Positions 30,996 to 40,801 of a stretch of DNA of 47,180 nt are shown in pieces. The DNA lies in contig CAZXWN010000008.1 in assembly GCA_964644695.1 (NCBI GenBank), forward strand, positions 62,001 through 109,180, given 5' to 3'. How positions within the stretch are numbered: position 1 is the first letter of the stretch; each line of letters begins with the position of its first letter. The position numbers and the translations under genes are program-made. The notes below the pieces were generated by a model. The model ran no database searches, was not told the DNA's origin, and saw only the letters and a list, made by a program, of their open reading frames with translations. The DNA is from an uncultured bacterium. Its GTDB lineage: Bacteria > UBP4 > UBA4092.

Positions 30996-31601
30996 TTATC
31001 GACTGGCACCAACTCGCCAGATATCACCATAACTGACTGTACCGTTGGTGGGGTCATATATTCCACTGGCTGTGAAATAGACGATATCTGACCCGTTTAC
31101 ATTCCGCCACTGGGCATCCATATCAAAGACACCATTCGGGCCAACGGAAAGCAGTTGCCAGGTCATGGGCCCACCCTGGATCTCATGATATCGGGGCGTT
31201 GCAGCAAAATCAGGATTTGTTTTAGACCAGTTCCAATAGTCAAATTGGGCCTGTTGGGTGTTTGCCATCGTCTGGGCATCACCAAACCATGCACGTCTGG
31301 ACTGCTGGAAACAATCTTTCGGGAGACTGGAGACATACGCCACCGGGGTAGTCAATGGAGAGAGACGGATGTCATGGGGAACAAGTGACATATCCGCCCG
31401 CTGTCCCAGTGGGTATTCATTGTTATCTACATAATAGGACTCAAGACCGGTGGCCAGAGTGGCCATATCCGCCGTTACTCGACTTACCTTGGAGCGGACC
31501 TGCGCTGCCAGGAAATTTGGGATGGCTATGGCAGCCAGGATTGCAATAATTGCGACGACAATTAATAACTCAATTAACGTAAAACCACGACTCTTATTCA
31601 T
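30996..31601 (-). CDS. Prepilin-type N-terminal cleavage/methylation protein (type IV pilin or GspG-like pseudopilin)
   Basis: G/FTLIELLIVVAIIAILAAIAIP; SVGPNG; C-terminal YDPTNGTVSYGDI. Confidence 0.9.
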   Translation of the reverse strand: MNKSRGFTLIELLIVVAIIAILAAIAIPNFLAAQVRSKVSRVTADMATLATGLESYYVDNNEYPLGQRADMSLVPHDIRLSPLTTPVAYVSSLPKDCFQQSRRAWFGDAQTMANTQQAQFDYWNWSKTNPDFAATPRYHEIQGGPMTWQLLSVGPNGVFDMDAQWRNVNGSDIVYFTASGIYDPTNGTVSYGDIWRVGASR

Positions 31602-32140
31602 AACCCTAATTCCTTTTCCCTATTGTAATAAACTAATAATATTTACAAGACAGCGTTTAATATACAACAAACCGAATGTAAATAAAAGAGGATAATATGA
31701 AAATTTATTTTCAATCCCGTTTAGATAGGATATCGGACAGAATACCCTCCCATATTTATACCTATAAATGACTACAAATCATGTGCTTATTACCTAACAT
31801 GAACGGTATTAACCCCCTTGACCAAACACTATAATAACCGCATCAAAAGACACTTACAGCCATTTTTGTCGCCCCATCCATCCAACATTATCGATACTGT
31901 CTCCAGTTCGATGACTACAAGTATCGTATTTTAGGGAAATTTGAAAATAATCCATTTTTTGTTAAAAATATTTTTTATTGGGGGCCATTTTCGGGTGAAA
32001 TCCATGTCATATTCCTCTTTATATCCGGTAGGAAGCGCTCCCTGATTCAAAAATTATTTTCATAAGTATGTGTCACCGGTGGGCCGTTTTATTTTGACTT
32101 CAGAAACGGAATGGAGTTAAATGGAAGAAAGAGGCTCATT

Positions 32141-33196
32141 ATGACTGCGACAAACACACTGGATACGTTGTTACGAACCCGTACGGTACCGGGTCGGTTT
32201 TATGAAAAACAAGCCGGAAACAAGGTCCGGTGTTATGCCTGCGGACATTACTGTTCGATTGGGGAGGGACAGGCCGGTATTTGTAAGGTTCGGTATAACC
32301 GAGGCGGTGTCTTATATGTTCCGCATGGGTATGTAGCCGGATTGGCCGCCGATCCGATTGAAAAGAAGCCTTTTTACCATGTATATCCGGGGTCAACAGC
32401 CATGTCTTTCGGGATGTTGGGCTGTGACTTGCACTGTTCTTACTGTCAGAATTGGGAAACCAGCCAGGCCCTCCGGGATCCAGATGCCGGAGGAACCATC
32501 CAACCCATCTCACCACAGAGTATTGTGGAGCTGGCCAAAAAATATAACTGCCGGGTACTGACCTCCACCTATAATGAGCCCCTGATTACGGCGGAATGGG
32601 CCATTTCTGTTTTTGAAGAGGGTAAAAAACACGGGCTGGAAGGGTCGTTTGTTTCTAACGGGAACGCCTCACCGGAAATCATCCGGGCCCTGAAACCCTA
32701 TGTAAAATTCTATAAGGTGGATTTGAAGAGCTTCGATGACGCTCATTACCTGACTTTGGGATGTAAACTGTCCACTGTGCTGAAGAGTCTGGAACAACTG
32801 GTGTCGGAAGGGTTCTGGGTCGAAATCGTGACACTGCTGGTCCCGGGATTCAATGACAGTGAAAAAGAACTGCGGGGAATGGCCCGGTTTATCAAGTCAT
32901 TATCGGAGGATATTCCCTGGCATCTGACGGGGTTCCATCTGGATTACCACATGAATGACGGACGGGACACCACCGCCGCTGACCTGAAACGGGCTTGTAA
33001 GATTGGAGTAGAAGAAGGTCTCCGCTTCGTTTATGCCGGAAATCGGCCGGGAGAGACCGGCGAATGGGAACATACCCGATGCCCTGATTGTAAGAAAATC
33101 CTGGTGGAACGGTTCGGATTCCACATCATGTCAAATCACATTAAAGACGGGATTTGTCCGGATTGCCAGGAACCTATCCCCGGATTCTGGGAATAA
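32141..33196 (+). CDS. amrS: AmmeMemoRadiSam system radical SAM enzyme (likely start ATG 32141)
   Basis: N-terminal CxxCxxxC...C; DPIEKKP.YH.YPG; GCDLHCSYCQNW; TYNEP; C-terminal CPDC twice. Confidence 0.9.
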   Translation: MTATNTLDTLLRTRTVPGRFYEKQAGNKVRCYACGHYCSIGEGQAGICKVRYNRGGVLYVPHGYVAGLAADPIEKKPFYHVYPGSTAMSFGMLGCDLHCSYCQNWETSQALRDPDAGGTIQPISPQSIVELAKKYNCRVLTSTYNEPLITAEWAISVFEEGKKHGLEGSFVSNGNASPEIIRALKPYVKFYKVDLKSFDDAHYLTLGCKLSTVLKSLEQLVSEGFWVEIVTLLVPGFNDSEKELRGMARFIKSLSEDIPWHLTGFHLDYHMNDGRDTTAADLKRACKIGVEEGLRFVYAGNRPGETGEWEHTRCPDCKKILVERFGFHIMSNHIKDGICPDCQEPIPGFWE

Positions 33197-33197
33197 G

Positions 33198-33231
33198 AAA
33201 ACCGGACAGGCATCCTCACCCATCCGGTTTT
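33198..33231. terminator. Bidirectional terminator between amrS and the DUF134 gene
   Basis: AAAACCGGA...TCCGGTTTT inverted repeat. Confidence 0.6.
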
Positions 33232-33236
33232 TAAGG

Positions 33237-33725
33237 TTATTTTTTACAGCCGCACCCGGAACCCTGTCCGTGCTGGTGGGAGTGTCCATGTCCACCACAT
33301 TCAACAGCGGAACCGTCGGCCTGTATCTTTCTTTTTTTCAGGCTTCCACACTTGGGGCACTGAATTTCGTAACCATGCCGTCCACCCTCATTACAGGGAG
33401 CTTCTTCCCATTGGTGCTGGCATTCTACACAAACAAAAGTACGATTTGCCATCTTGTAACATCCTCCTTCTATGAGCAGCGTATGACCCGAAGTCAATGC
33501 CAGGGCGACTTTATACCGAGCAGACTGTAAAAGACGTTGGAAAGTAGGACGGGTCAAACCCATCTGGTCCGCCGCTGCCTCCTGATCCAATCCCTCACGG
33601 TCTTTCCACCGTAACGCTTCCAATTCCTCAAAAGTCAGGATGGTTTTTCCATTCCCGCCCCCACAAGGACGGAACCGGGTGCAGGTCGGTATATCATCGA
33701 TCAGTGCATGACATCGGGGCCTCAT
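33237..33725 (-). CDS. DUF134 family HTH protein with Zn-ribbon and His/Cys-rich tail
   Basis: LTFEELEALRWKD.EGLDQEAAA.QMGLTRPTFQRLL.SAR.KVA.AL; CVEC...CPKC; HGHSHQHG. Confidence 0.9.
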   Translation of the reverse strand: MRPRCHALIDDIPTCTRFRPCGGGNGKTILTFEELEALRWKDREGLDQEAAADQMGLTRPTFQRLLQSARYKVALALTSGHTLLIEGGCYKMANRTFVCVECQHQWEEAPCNEGGRHGYEIQCPKCGSLKKRKIQADGSAVECGGHGHSHQHGQGSGCGCKK

Positions 33726-33749
33726 CGCTTTGATTCCTTTTCAGAGATT

Positions 33750-33798
33750 ATGAGCATATGCTCATTACTACCTTAGGACAGAAGACCGAAAATATCAA
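33750..33798 (-). promoter_or_regulatory. Sigma70-type promoter with palindromic operator for the DUF134 gene
   Basis: -35 TTGATA (33798-33793), 17-nt spacer, -10 TAAGGT (33775-33770); perfect palindrome ATGAGCATATGCTCAT at 33750-33765. Confidence 0.7.
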
Positions 33799-33815
33799 GA
33801 GGCCATAAAAAATAA

Positions 33816-33844
33816 AACCGGATGAGAACGAGTCTCATCCGGTT
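33816..33844 (-). terminator. Intrinsic terminator after the ferritin gene
   Basis: 12-bp stem AACCGGATGAGA/TCTCATCCGGTT followed by a T-rich run. Confidence 0.8.
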
Positions 33845-33864
33845 ACAGTTCAAGTTTACAAAGG

Positions 33865-34377
33865 TTAGACAGCAGCCGTGGCCGGGGGAGTAAACACTCG
33901 TGCGGCCAATTCCTGGTCGATCATATACATGAGAGCGCTGTTATCACCTGCAAGTTTTAACTTAGAAATAAGTGTGGTGACATTGTCTTCTTCTTCCACC
34001 TGTTCGGAAACATACCACTGGAGGAAATTGAATGAAGCGTTATCTTTTTCATCCCGGGCCAGATTAACGAGTTTATCGATACAGGCGGTGATGTGTTGTT
34101 CGTGTTTTAGGGTTGCCTGGAAGGCATCAAGTGGATTTTTCCAGCTTTGCTGCGGTTTCTCGATTGCTTCGAGTTCGATAGAACCGCCCCGTTGAATAAC
34201 AAAATCATAGAACTTTGTCATGTGGAAGGTTTCTTCCTGGTTCTGCACTCTCATCCAGTTGGCGAAACCATTCAGACCCTGTTCGGCAAACCAGGCGGAC
34301 ATTTGGAGATAGAGATAAGCACTGAAAGCTTCTTCATTGATCTGCTGATTAATCGCTTTTTCCATTTTTTTGTTCAT
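33865..34377 (-). CDS. ftnA: Non-heme ferritin
   Basis: QINEE..SAYLYL.MS; EETFH; FLQWYVSEQVEEE ferroxidase residues; AGGAGG RBS. Confidence 0.95.
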   Translation of the reverse strand: MNKKMEKAINQQINEEAFSAYLYLQMSAWFAEQGLNGFANWMRVQNQEETFHMTKFYDFVIQRGGSIELEAIEKPQQSWKNPLDAFQATLKHEQHITACIDKLVNLARDEKDNASFNFLQWYVSEQVEEEDNVTTLISKLKLAGDNSALMYMIDQELAARVFTPPATAAV

Positions 34378-34529
34378 TATAAACTCCTCCTTATGAAGTC
34401 AACATGGGCTATTTCGTATCATTATACCTGTATTTAGATTGTACGGATATTGAATTTCACCCATCAGATAATGTAACGAAATCAACGCAGATAAAGTTCC
34501 CTGTATTAACGAATTAAGTAAAAAAATAA

Positions 34530-34559
34530 ACCCCTCTGGAGACGAATTTCCAGAGGGGT
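34530..34559 (-). terminator. Intrinsic terminator after the deacetylase gene
   Basis: ACCCCTCTGGA/TCCAGAGGGGT stem followed by a T run. Confidence 0.8.
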
Positions 34560-34575
34560 CGTTTTGATGAGTGTT

Positions 34576-36684
34576 TTATTCAGATTCGAAGGCGGAAAGT
34601 TCCACAGGGACCCATCCGGCGAGGACTTTCTGGAACTTGAGCGCATCTGCAACGACGATCCCATTACTGGCACCCGTAATGACAACGCGGGGGGATTGAG
34701 CCGGATCCAAAGCGTATTCGCCCAGGTAAGTCCAGCCATAGCCGCCGGAACGCTGGTCAACCGTTACGGTGGTGCTGCCGGAACTGTGGTAAATCGTGAA
34801 GGGTGCGGAGGCAGACCGGTCCGTATCGGGAGAATACCAGGCATAGATTTTATACACCCCGGAACCCAACAGGCTGGGGGTATATGTCACATTGGAGGCT
34901 GTTGCGCCTGCGGCAGCAGTCCGGAAGGAAGTCCCATACATCCCCTTCAAAGTGGTACCCGAAGGTGAGACGGTGGTCCATGTGCCGCTAAAGGAAACCG
35001 TACCGTCGGCATTACCATCATCATTCACAATGACAGGGTCGGTTGTTGCCCTATCATAAATCCCCAGTTTCACTTTCCACTGGTTGAGGGTCTCATTACC
35101 ATTGGAGGTAACCCGGGGGATATTGTACCGTGGACAGTTCCGGTCCGCTGTTCCTCCGGCATAGGAGAAGGCCATCTCATATCCCGCCTGAGCGGTCAGA
35201 GTGGGGACAGACGCTTGTGGGGAATAACCGGAAGAGGAGTAGATATCTCCCCCATACGGATAGGCAATGAACCGATTCATCCGGCCCAGGTTGGTGTTGA
35301 GAGCTGCACGCGAACAGGATACCTCGGACCATACACTGTCACCCGAAATAGTCGTGAGATTCAAATGCATCACGGTATGGGATTCTGTTTTCATGCGGCC
35401 TTCAGCATCCGCAGTCGATAGCTCGGACCAGGTAGATTTACCCGACGCTCCAACATAGTTCGTATGGGCAAAGACCGTACCCGGAGCATTCTGCTCCCCA
35501 AGAACAGCGCCACCATTATGGAGTTCACCCACATAATTATCGTCGAAGGTAAACACCACAGATTTTTCAGGAATGGAGGTCCCATTCATCCAGTAGTCAT
35601 AGAAATCGGAGAGGCTGATAACCGAATAACCTCGATTCAGAAGCATCAACATCTGGTCTCTGAAATTGTCCGGAGAGATAAACATTCCATTAGAGAAGGA
35701 GGAGGCAGCGGTCACCTCATGGTACCCGATGATGGGCACAAACTGAGACTGAGGAACAACAAATCGGGCAAGGGAGACGCTCCCGGCAAATCGGGCGATG
35801 AACAGAACCTGGGCATTCGGTGAAATGGCGACACCCCGTGGGGCGGTCAGATTGGTTGCGTCAGCGATGGTATCGTTAAGCGTTCCATTACTGTTATATA
35901 TATTGACTTGATTGGGAGAACCCAGGGAGACAAATACTCGGCCGTCTTTATCAACATCCACGGCAGTAGGATTCGTCAATCCATTAGCTAAATCCGTCGT
36001 TCGGGTATAAGACGCAGAACTTCCCGTGATGGACCCAGCGAACTGAAACACGCGTCCCTCGGTTTCAGAAGTGATATACACTTTGGAAGCATCCGGGGTC
36101 ACTGTGATACCCCTGAGAACAAAAGTGGTCGTAGTAGATGTGGACAAAGCAACGGGGCTTCCGGTCAATTCCGTACCCGAAGCATTATAGACATGGAATC
36201 GGACACAAGTCCCCACACTGGCCAACACCTTCTCCACAATAAACACATGGCCTGTGGAATCGACAGCCACATCTCCCGGCCGATAACTCAACGCCCACCC
36301 ATTCAAAGCCGCGCCATTGGCGGAATTGTATCGGAATATCCTTGTCGGTCCACCCACTTTATCACTACTGACATAAACAATACCGGAATTGAAATCCACA
36401 GCCGTACCCGAAGGTTGAGCCAATGCCGTCACCACACCATAATTATCTTTTCCGGTGGAGATCGGAGAAAAGGGAGCTTCTGCTCCGGTCAACGGGTGAA
36501 ACACTCGGAGGTTGTTTGCGTCGTACCCGCAAACCCAAACCTGGCATCCCCGGTCCAGGGCCGGGAACTGGGCTGCATTAATACTGGTCCCGAAAGTATC
36601 CTTCCAGGAATAAGCACTGACAGAGGCCTGCAGTGCCAGACTTATACACAGGACTCCCATTAAAGATGAAAACAATTTACGCAT
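34576..36684 (-). CDS. Secreted protein: NHL-like propeller, CE4 polysaccharide deacetylase, golvesin/xanthan-lyase C-terminal-like domain, VPVEL tag (likely start ATG 36684)
   Basis: Signal peptide; PxGVAVD-type repeats; TFDDNY, ESHTVMH, AYPYG; YKIYAWY...VDQR...VADALKF; ends VPVELSAFESE. Confidence 0.85.
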   Translation of the reverse strand: MRKLFSSLMGVLCISLALQASVSAYSWKDTFGTSINAAQFPALDRGCQVWVCGYDANNLRVFHPLTGAEAPFSPISTGKDNYGVVTALAQPSGTAVDFNSGIVYVSSDKVGGPTRIFRYNSANGAALNGWALSYRPGDVAVDSTGHVFIVEKVLASVGTCVRFHVYNASGTELTGSPVALSTSTTTTFVLRGITVTPDASKVYITSETEGRVFQFAGSITGSSASYTRTTDLANGLTNPTAVDVDKDGRVFVSLGSPNQVNIYNSNGTLNDTIADATNLTAPRGVAISPNAQVLFIARFAGSVSLARFVVPQSQFVPIIGYHEVTAASSFSNGMFISPDNFRDQMLMLLNRGYSVISLSDFYDYWMNGTSIPEKSVVFTFDDNYVGELHNGGAVLGEQNAPGTVFAHTNYVGASGKSTWSELSTADAEGRMKTESHTVMHLNLTTISGDSVWSEVSCSRAALNTNLGRMNRFIAYPYGGDIYSSSGYSPQASVPTLTAQAGYEMAFSYAGGTADRNCPRYNIPRVTSNGNETLNQWKVKLGIYDRATTDPVIVNDDGNADGTVSFSGTWTTVSPSGTTLKGMYGTSFRTAAAGATASNVTYTPSLLGSGVYKIYAWYSPDTDRSASAPFTIYHSSGSTTVTVDQRSGGYGWTYLGEYALDPAQSPRVVITGASNGIVVADALKFQKVLAGWVPVELSAFESE

Positions 36685-36780
36685 TCTATAATCCCTCATA
36701 CGATTTGTTGAAACTTCAAATAGCAAAGTAAGTTCTGAAAATATATCACAATCCCCGGTTGGATTTCAGACAAAAGAAAA

Positions 36781-36809
36781 CCCCGACAGGCTCTGAGTCC
36801 TGCCGGGGG
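36781..36809 (-). terminator. Probable intrinsic terminator after the GH27 pair
   Basis: CCCCGACAGG/CCTGCCGGGG stem with minus-strand TTTTCTTTT tail. Confidence 0.7.
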
Positions 36810-36822
36810 TATTATTTATTCA

Positions 36823-38715
36823 TTAATGGGTTTGAATTTTCAGGAATACCACACCGTGCGTGGGAACTGTGATTTGGATTTGGTCCAGATGTGTTCCCAA
36901 ATCCCGCCGCTCCCAAAGATTCCAGACATTCAATGCGCCGCTTAACCCCAGGTCTTTCCAGGTAATCGTGATGTTTCTCATAAAGATATCCATATTAAAC
37001 AAGCCAACGGCAAAACTCCCATCCGAGAGAGGCCTGACCCAGACTTGTTCTTTCTCGGTAGCCCGTAACTGCCATCCCTGACGGCCCGGATAATCTTGAT
37101 GGACGGCGAGGATTTCCTCATGGGTCAGTAAATCAAAAGTGAATGGATCCATCGCCTTTAAATCACAACCCAGGATAAGGGGCGCCGCCAAAATAGCCCA
37201 GAAGGTCATGTGGACCATCTGTTCATGGGGATTGAGTTTGGTTTGCCGCATATCACTCCCCCATCCGATCCGACCCAGGACCATCATATCCGGATCATTC
37301 CATGCCCCCGGACCGGCATACTTCTCCAACCCGACCTGTTTCTGAACAATCTGTAATAAGGTAGGCCAGTTGTCATCAATATCTCCGCCTGTACGCCACA
37401 TCTGGGTATTGACTTCTTTCGCCCAAGTCCAGATGTTACCCTGTCCATACTGACAGGAGGCATAGAGGATATCCCGATTCGTCTTATCCAGAGCTTCCCG
37501 CATCAACTGATACGGTTTCTTGTATTCATCAAGGGTATTATTTTTCACGAGGGATTGGTAAGAGCACCAGTCATATTTCAGGAAATCCACACCCCAGTCG
37601 GCATAGGTTTGAGCGTCCTGATGTTCATGGTCATAACTCCCTTCCCGATTGCCACAAGTGAGGGGGCCGGGAGAAGAATAAATCCCATATCGTAAGCCGT
37701 GGGAGTGGATATAGTCTCCCAGAGCTTTCATGTCGGTAAATTTTTCATTCGGACGGATAGTACCATCGGTGTTACGGCAACCCGCCCAACTATCGTCGAT
37801 ATTAATATATTGATAACCGAAATCGGCTAATCCAGACTCAATCATTCCCTCAGCAGCATCCCGGATGTGCTGTTCTTTGACAGAATGGCCCCAGACATTC
37901 CAGGAATTCCATCCCATCGGGGGAGTGAGGGCAAGACATCTATCACCGACCATAAGTTTAACGCTGGAATAAGCCGAACCCACTTCATTAGTGGCGGTGA
38001 ACCAGACCTGGTAGTCTCCGGCCTTTTCCAGTTTCCCGGAAATAATGCCGGTGTCTTCATTCAGAAGAAGACCTTCCGGGAGATTGTCACAGGAAAACTT
38101 CATGGGGCGTTTACCGGAAACCGGAAGCCGATACAGAAAATCTCTCCCCGGGGTTCCACCGATGACTGGAGGGAAATGGAATATGGGAGAAGCGGTCCAT
38201 TTTCGATGTATCTTGGGGACAGGGTCAAGAGCAATCGGAATGATTTCCGGTTTACCTTCACCCTCCGGGTCCAGAATGAATCGGGCTTCCACCCAGTCCG
38301 CATGATCAAACTCAGCACCATCCTGCGCATCCGTGACCAACAGGGTCAATAAAGAAGCACCCTGAAGATTAACGGAGATGGGACAACACCGATTCTTGGA
38401 ATTTAAGACGGGTGTTTCCAGTTTCTTCTTCCGGTTGACCCAGACTTCAAAGGTAACAGAACCCAAGTCTCCTGTTTCGTCATCCAGACCCACGATCGCC
38501 TCAAACCGGAGAACAGACTTTTTCAGGTCAATATCAATTCGGCTGAAGGCATGGGTTCCCACACCACGGGAATAGACCTTGCCGGAGAGGGTGAGTGGAT
38601 GGTTCTCAATTGTTGCGTTGATATGGGGTCTTCCCCATCCCTGGTAAACCTCAGTCATATCCATCTGGTCAAGCCAGAGGATATCACCTTCCAGGGGCAC
38701 AGATTCATGTCCCAT
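36823..38715 (-). CDS. GH27 alpha-galactosidase with NPCBM and Ig domains, no signal peptide
   Basis: RGVGTHA...DHADW (NPCBM); LTPPMGWNSWN, NIDDSW, FLKYDWC, WRTGGDI, WNDPDM. Confidence 0.92.
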   Translation of the reverse strand: MGHESVPLEGDILWLDQMDMTEVYQGWGRPHINATIENHPLTLSGKVYSRGVGTHAFSRIDIDLKKSVLRFEAIVGLDDETGDLGSVTFEVWVNRKKKLETPVLNSKNRCCPISVNLQGASLLTLLVTDAQDGAEFDHADWVEARFILDPEGEGKPEIIPIALDPVPKIHRKWTASPIFHFPPVIGGTPGRDFLYRLPVSGKRPMKFSCDNLPEGLLLNEDTGIISGKLEKAGDYQVWFTATNEVGSAYSSVKLMVGDRCLALTPPMGWNSWNVWGHSVKEQHIRDAAEGMIESGLADFGYQYINIDDSWAGCRNTDGTIRPNEKFTDMKALGDYIHSHGLRYGIYSSPGPLTCGNREGSYDHEHQDAQTYADWGVDFLKYDWCSYQSLVKNNTLDEYKKPYQLMREALDKTNRDILYASCQYGQGNIWTWAKEVNTQMWRTGGDIDDNWPTLLQIVQKQVGLEKYAGPGAWNDPDMMVLGRIGWGSDMRQTKLNPHEQMVHMTFWAILAAPLILGCDLKAMDPFTFDLLTHEEILAVHQDYPGRQGWQLRATEKEQVWVRPLSDGSFAVGLFNMDIFMRNITITWKDLGLSGALNVWNLWERRDLGTHLDQIQITVPTHGVVFLKIQTH

Positions 38716-38764
38716 TGGTACAAAACCCTTTCGATCCTTAAATATTAAATAAACACTAAAAGTA

Positions 38765-40744
38765 TTATCTTACCTTAACTCGTGTCGGAGAAATCAACAG
38801 GAAAACCGTGCCATGAGAGGCCACCGGGACCTGGTACGAGGTTGAAAAAGTCCCTATGTTCTTTCGTTCCCAGATATTACGGACAGATTGTGGACCGGAT
38901 ACTCCCAAATCTTTCCAGGAAACGGAGGCGGTTTGGGTGAAATGTCCCATATTAACGAGTCCGACCGCCAGCTGGCCACTGGATAAAGGCTTGACCCAGA
39001 TTTGAATGTTCCCATCGGTCTTGATGAGTCTTCCCTGTTGACCGGGATAATCCTGATGGATGGACAGAACTTCCTCATGGGAGAGAAGGTCCAGAGTGAA
39101 ATCATCCATCTGAGATAAATCACACCCCAGAAGCATCGGAGACGCCAGAATAGTCCAGAGGGTGATATGAGTGATTTGTTCATGAGGGGTCAGGCGTGAA
39201 GGATGAAGTGAGGGACCCCAGCCCAGAGTTCCTACCACTAACATATCAGGATCGTTCCAGTGTCCCGGGCCGGCGTAAGGGAATAATGCCGTTTGTTGGA
39301 GGGCAATCTTCCGAACATTGGCCCAACTGTCTTCAATATCATCCGTTGTCCGCCACAAATTACCACCCACTTCAGGACCCCATTTCCAGACACTGCCCAT
39401 TCCATACTGACAGAGGCTGAACATAATATCCCGGTTAGTAGATTCAAGGGCGTTGTGCATCAGCCGATAGGGTTTCTTCATATCTTCCAGAGTCGGATCA
39501 GGGGCAATCTCCCGATAGGAACACCAGTCATGTTTCAGATAATCCACACCCCAACGGGCGTAGGTGCTGGCGTCCTGGTACTCATGGCCATAACTGCCCA
39601 ACATATCCCCACAGGTTCGGGGACCGGGGGAGGAGTATATCCCCAGTTTCAAACCTTTGGAATGAATATAATCCCCCAGAGATTTCATATCGGGGAAATT
39701 CTTATTAGTCGTGATTTCACCTTCGGGGGTCCTGTCACCTTCCCAACCATCATCAATGTTAATGTACTGGTATCCATAATCAGCCAGTCCGGTTTTGACC
39801 ATACCCTCTGCCGCCGCACGTATCTTGCCATCATTAACACTCATTCCCCAGGCATTCCAGGAATTCCATCCCAGCGGTGGAGTGAGCGCTAAGGAGTCAG
39901 GAGCACTGATAACGGTTAAGGATTTCCGGTCTTTCCCAAAAGCGTTCTCAACCAGAATCTCCATCCGGGTCGTTCCGGCGGACTGGAGTTTCCCTGTCAC
40001 AATACCGGTGGCGGGGTTGAGAGATAATCCCGCAGGAAGAGATTTGATTGAGTATTTCATCGGGTTTTTACCCGTGACCGGGATACGATAAAGAAAGTCG
40101 CGGCCGGGAGTGGCACCGGTTACAGAGGCGCCATGAATCTCAGGAGTTACCGGAGTTTTTCGGTGAATATTCGGAACGGGGAGGGTTTCGACAGGAAGTC
40201 CCATGGGTTTGGGAGAAGTGGCGGATTTCAAAATGAATCTGGCATCTGCCCAATCGGCATGGTCATAATGTTGACCGTCTCCGCCATCTTCGATAATCAA
40301 GAATATTTCCTGAACACCGGATAAATTGGCTTTCATCAAATAAGGTTCCGAATTGGAATCAAGAACCGGACTATGGGCCACTTTTTTTCCATCGGCCCAA
40401 ATCTCAAAGTTAACCGACCCATATCCCTGGATCTCATCATCCACTCCCACCCAGGATTCGAACCGGTCACATCCCTTATCAAGTTTGACCCGGAAGATGG
40501 CATAGGAATGAGACCCTACTCCCCGGTCATAGGTACGACCCCCCAGTGTAATGGGAAAACCATTGGAAGAAACTTTCTTGTTGGGGACTGTCCATCCCTG
40601 GCGGTAATGAGTCAAATCCAATTCATCCAGCCAGACAACTTTCTCTTTACTGGATTGGGGGAGCTGGACAAGAGGCTTGGAAGACCATGCCCCCGAGGTC
40701 AGAACCAATCCCGATAATAATAATATCCCGAACGCTTTTTTCAT
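38765..40744 (-). CDS. GH27 alpha-galactosidase with NPCBM and Ig domains, secreted
   Basis: Signal peptide MKKAFGILLL; LTPPLGWNSWN, YLKHDWC, WRTTDDI, WNDPDM. Confidence 0.92.
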   Translation of the reverse strand: MKKAFGILLLSGLVLTSGAWSSKPLVQLPQSSKEKVVWLDELDLTHYRQGWTVPNKKVSSNGFPITLGGRTYDRGVGSHSYAIFRVKLDKGCDRFESWVGVDDEIQGYGSVNFEIWADGKKVAHSPVLDSNSEPYLMKANLSGVQEIFLIIEDGGDGQHYDHADWADARFILKSATSPKPMGLPVETLPVPNIHRKTPVTPEIHGASVTGATPGRDFLYRIPVTGKNPMKYSIKSLPAGLSLNPATGIVTGKLQSAGTTRMEILVENAFGKDRKSLTVISAPDSLALTPPLGWNSWNAWGMSVNDGKIRAAAEGMVKTGLADYGYQYINIDDGWEGDRTPEGEITTNKNFPDMKSLGDYIHSKGLKLGIYSSPGPRTCGDMLGSYGHEYQDASTYARWGVDYLKHDWCSYREIAPDPTLEDMKKPYRLMHNALESTNRDIMFSLCQYGMGSVWKWGPEVGGNLWRTTDDIEDSWANVRKIALQQTALFPYAGPGHWNDPDMLVVGTLGWGPSLHPSRLTPHEQITHITLWTILASPMLLGCDLSQMDDFTLDLLSHEEVLSIHQDYPGQQGRLIKTDGNIQIWVKPLSSGQLAVGLVNMGHFTQTASVSWKDLGVSGPQSVRNIWERKNIGTFSTSYQVPVASHGTVFLLISPTRVKVR

Positions 40745-40801
40745 GAATTACTCCTCATTCCCTAAATAAAATGAACCATAAAATACACACTACTATGATA
40801 C

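Noticed and set aside
30758-31066. 102-aa minus-strand and 85-aa plus-strand ORFs
   Set aside because: They overlap the pilin 3' end and cross its terminator; no RBS or motifs.
31697-31771. 24-aa ORF MKIYFQ... with an AAGAGGA RBS
   Set aside because: Too short to support; could arise by chance in AT-rich promoter DNA.
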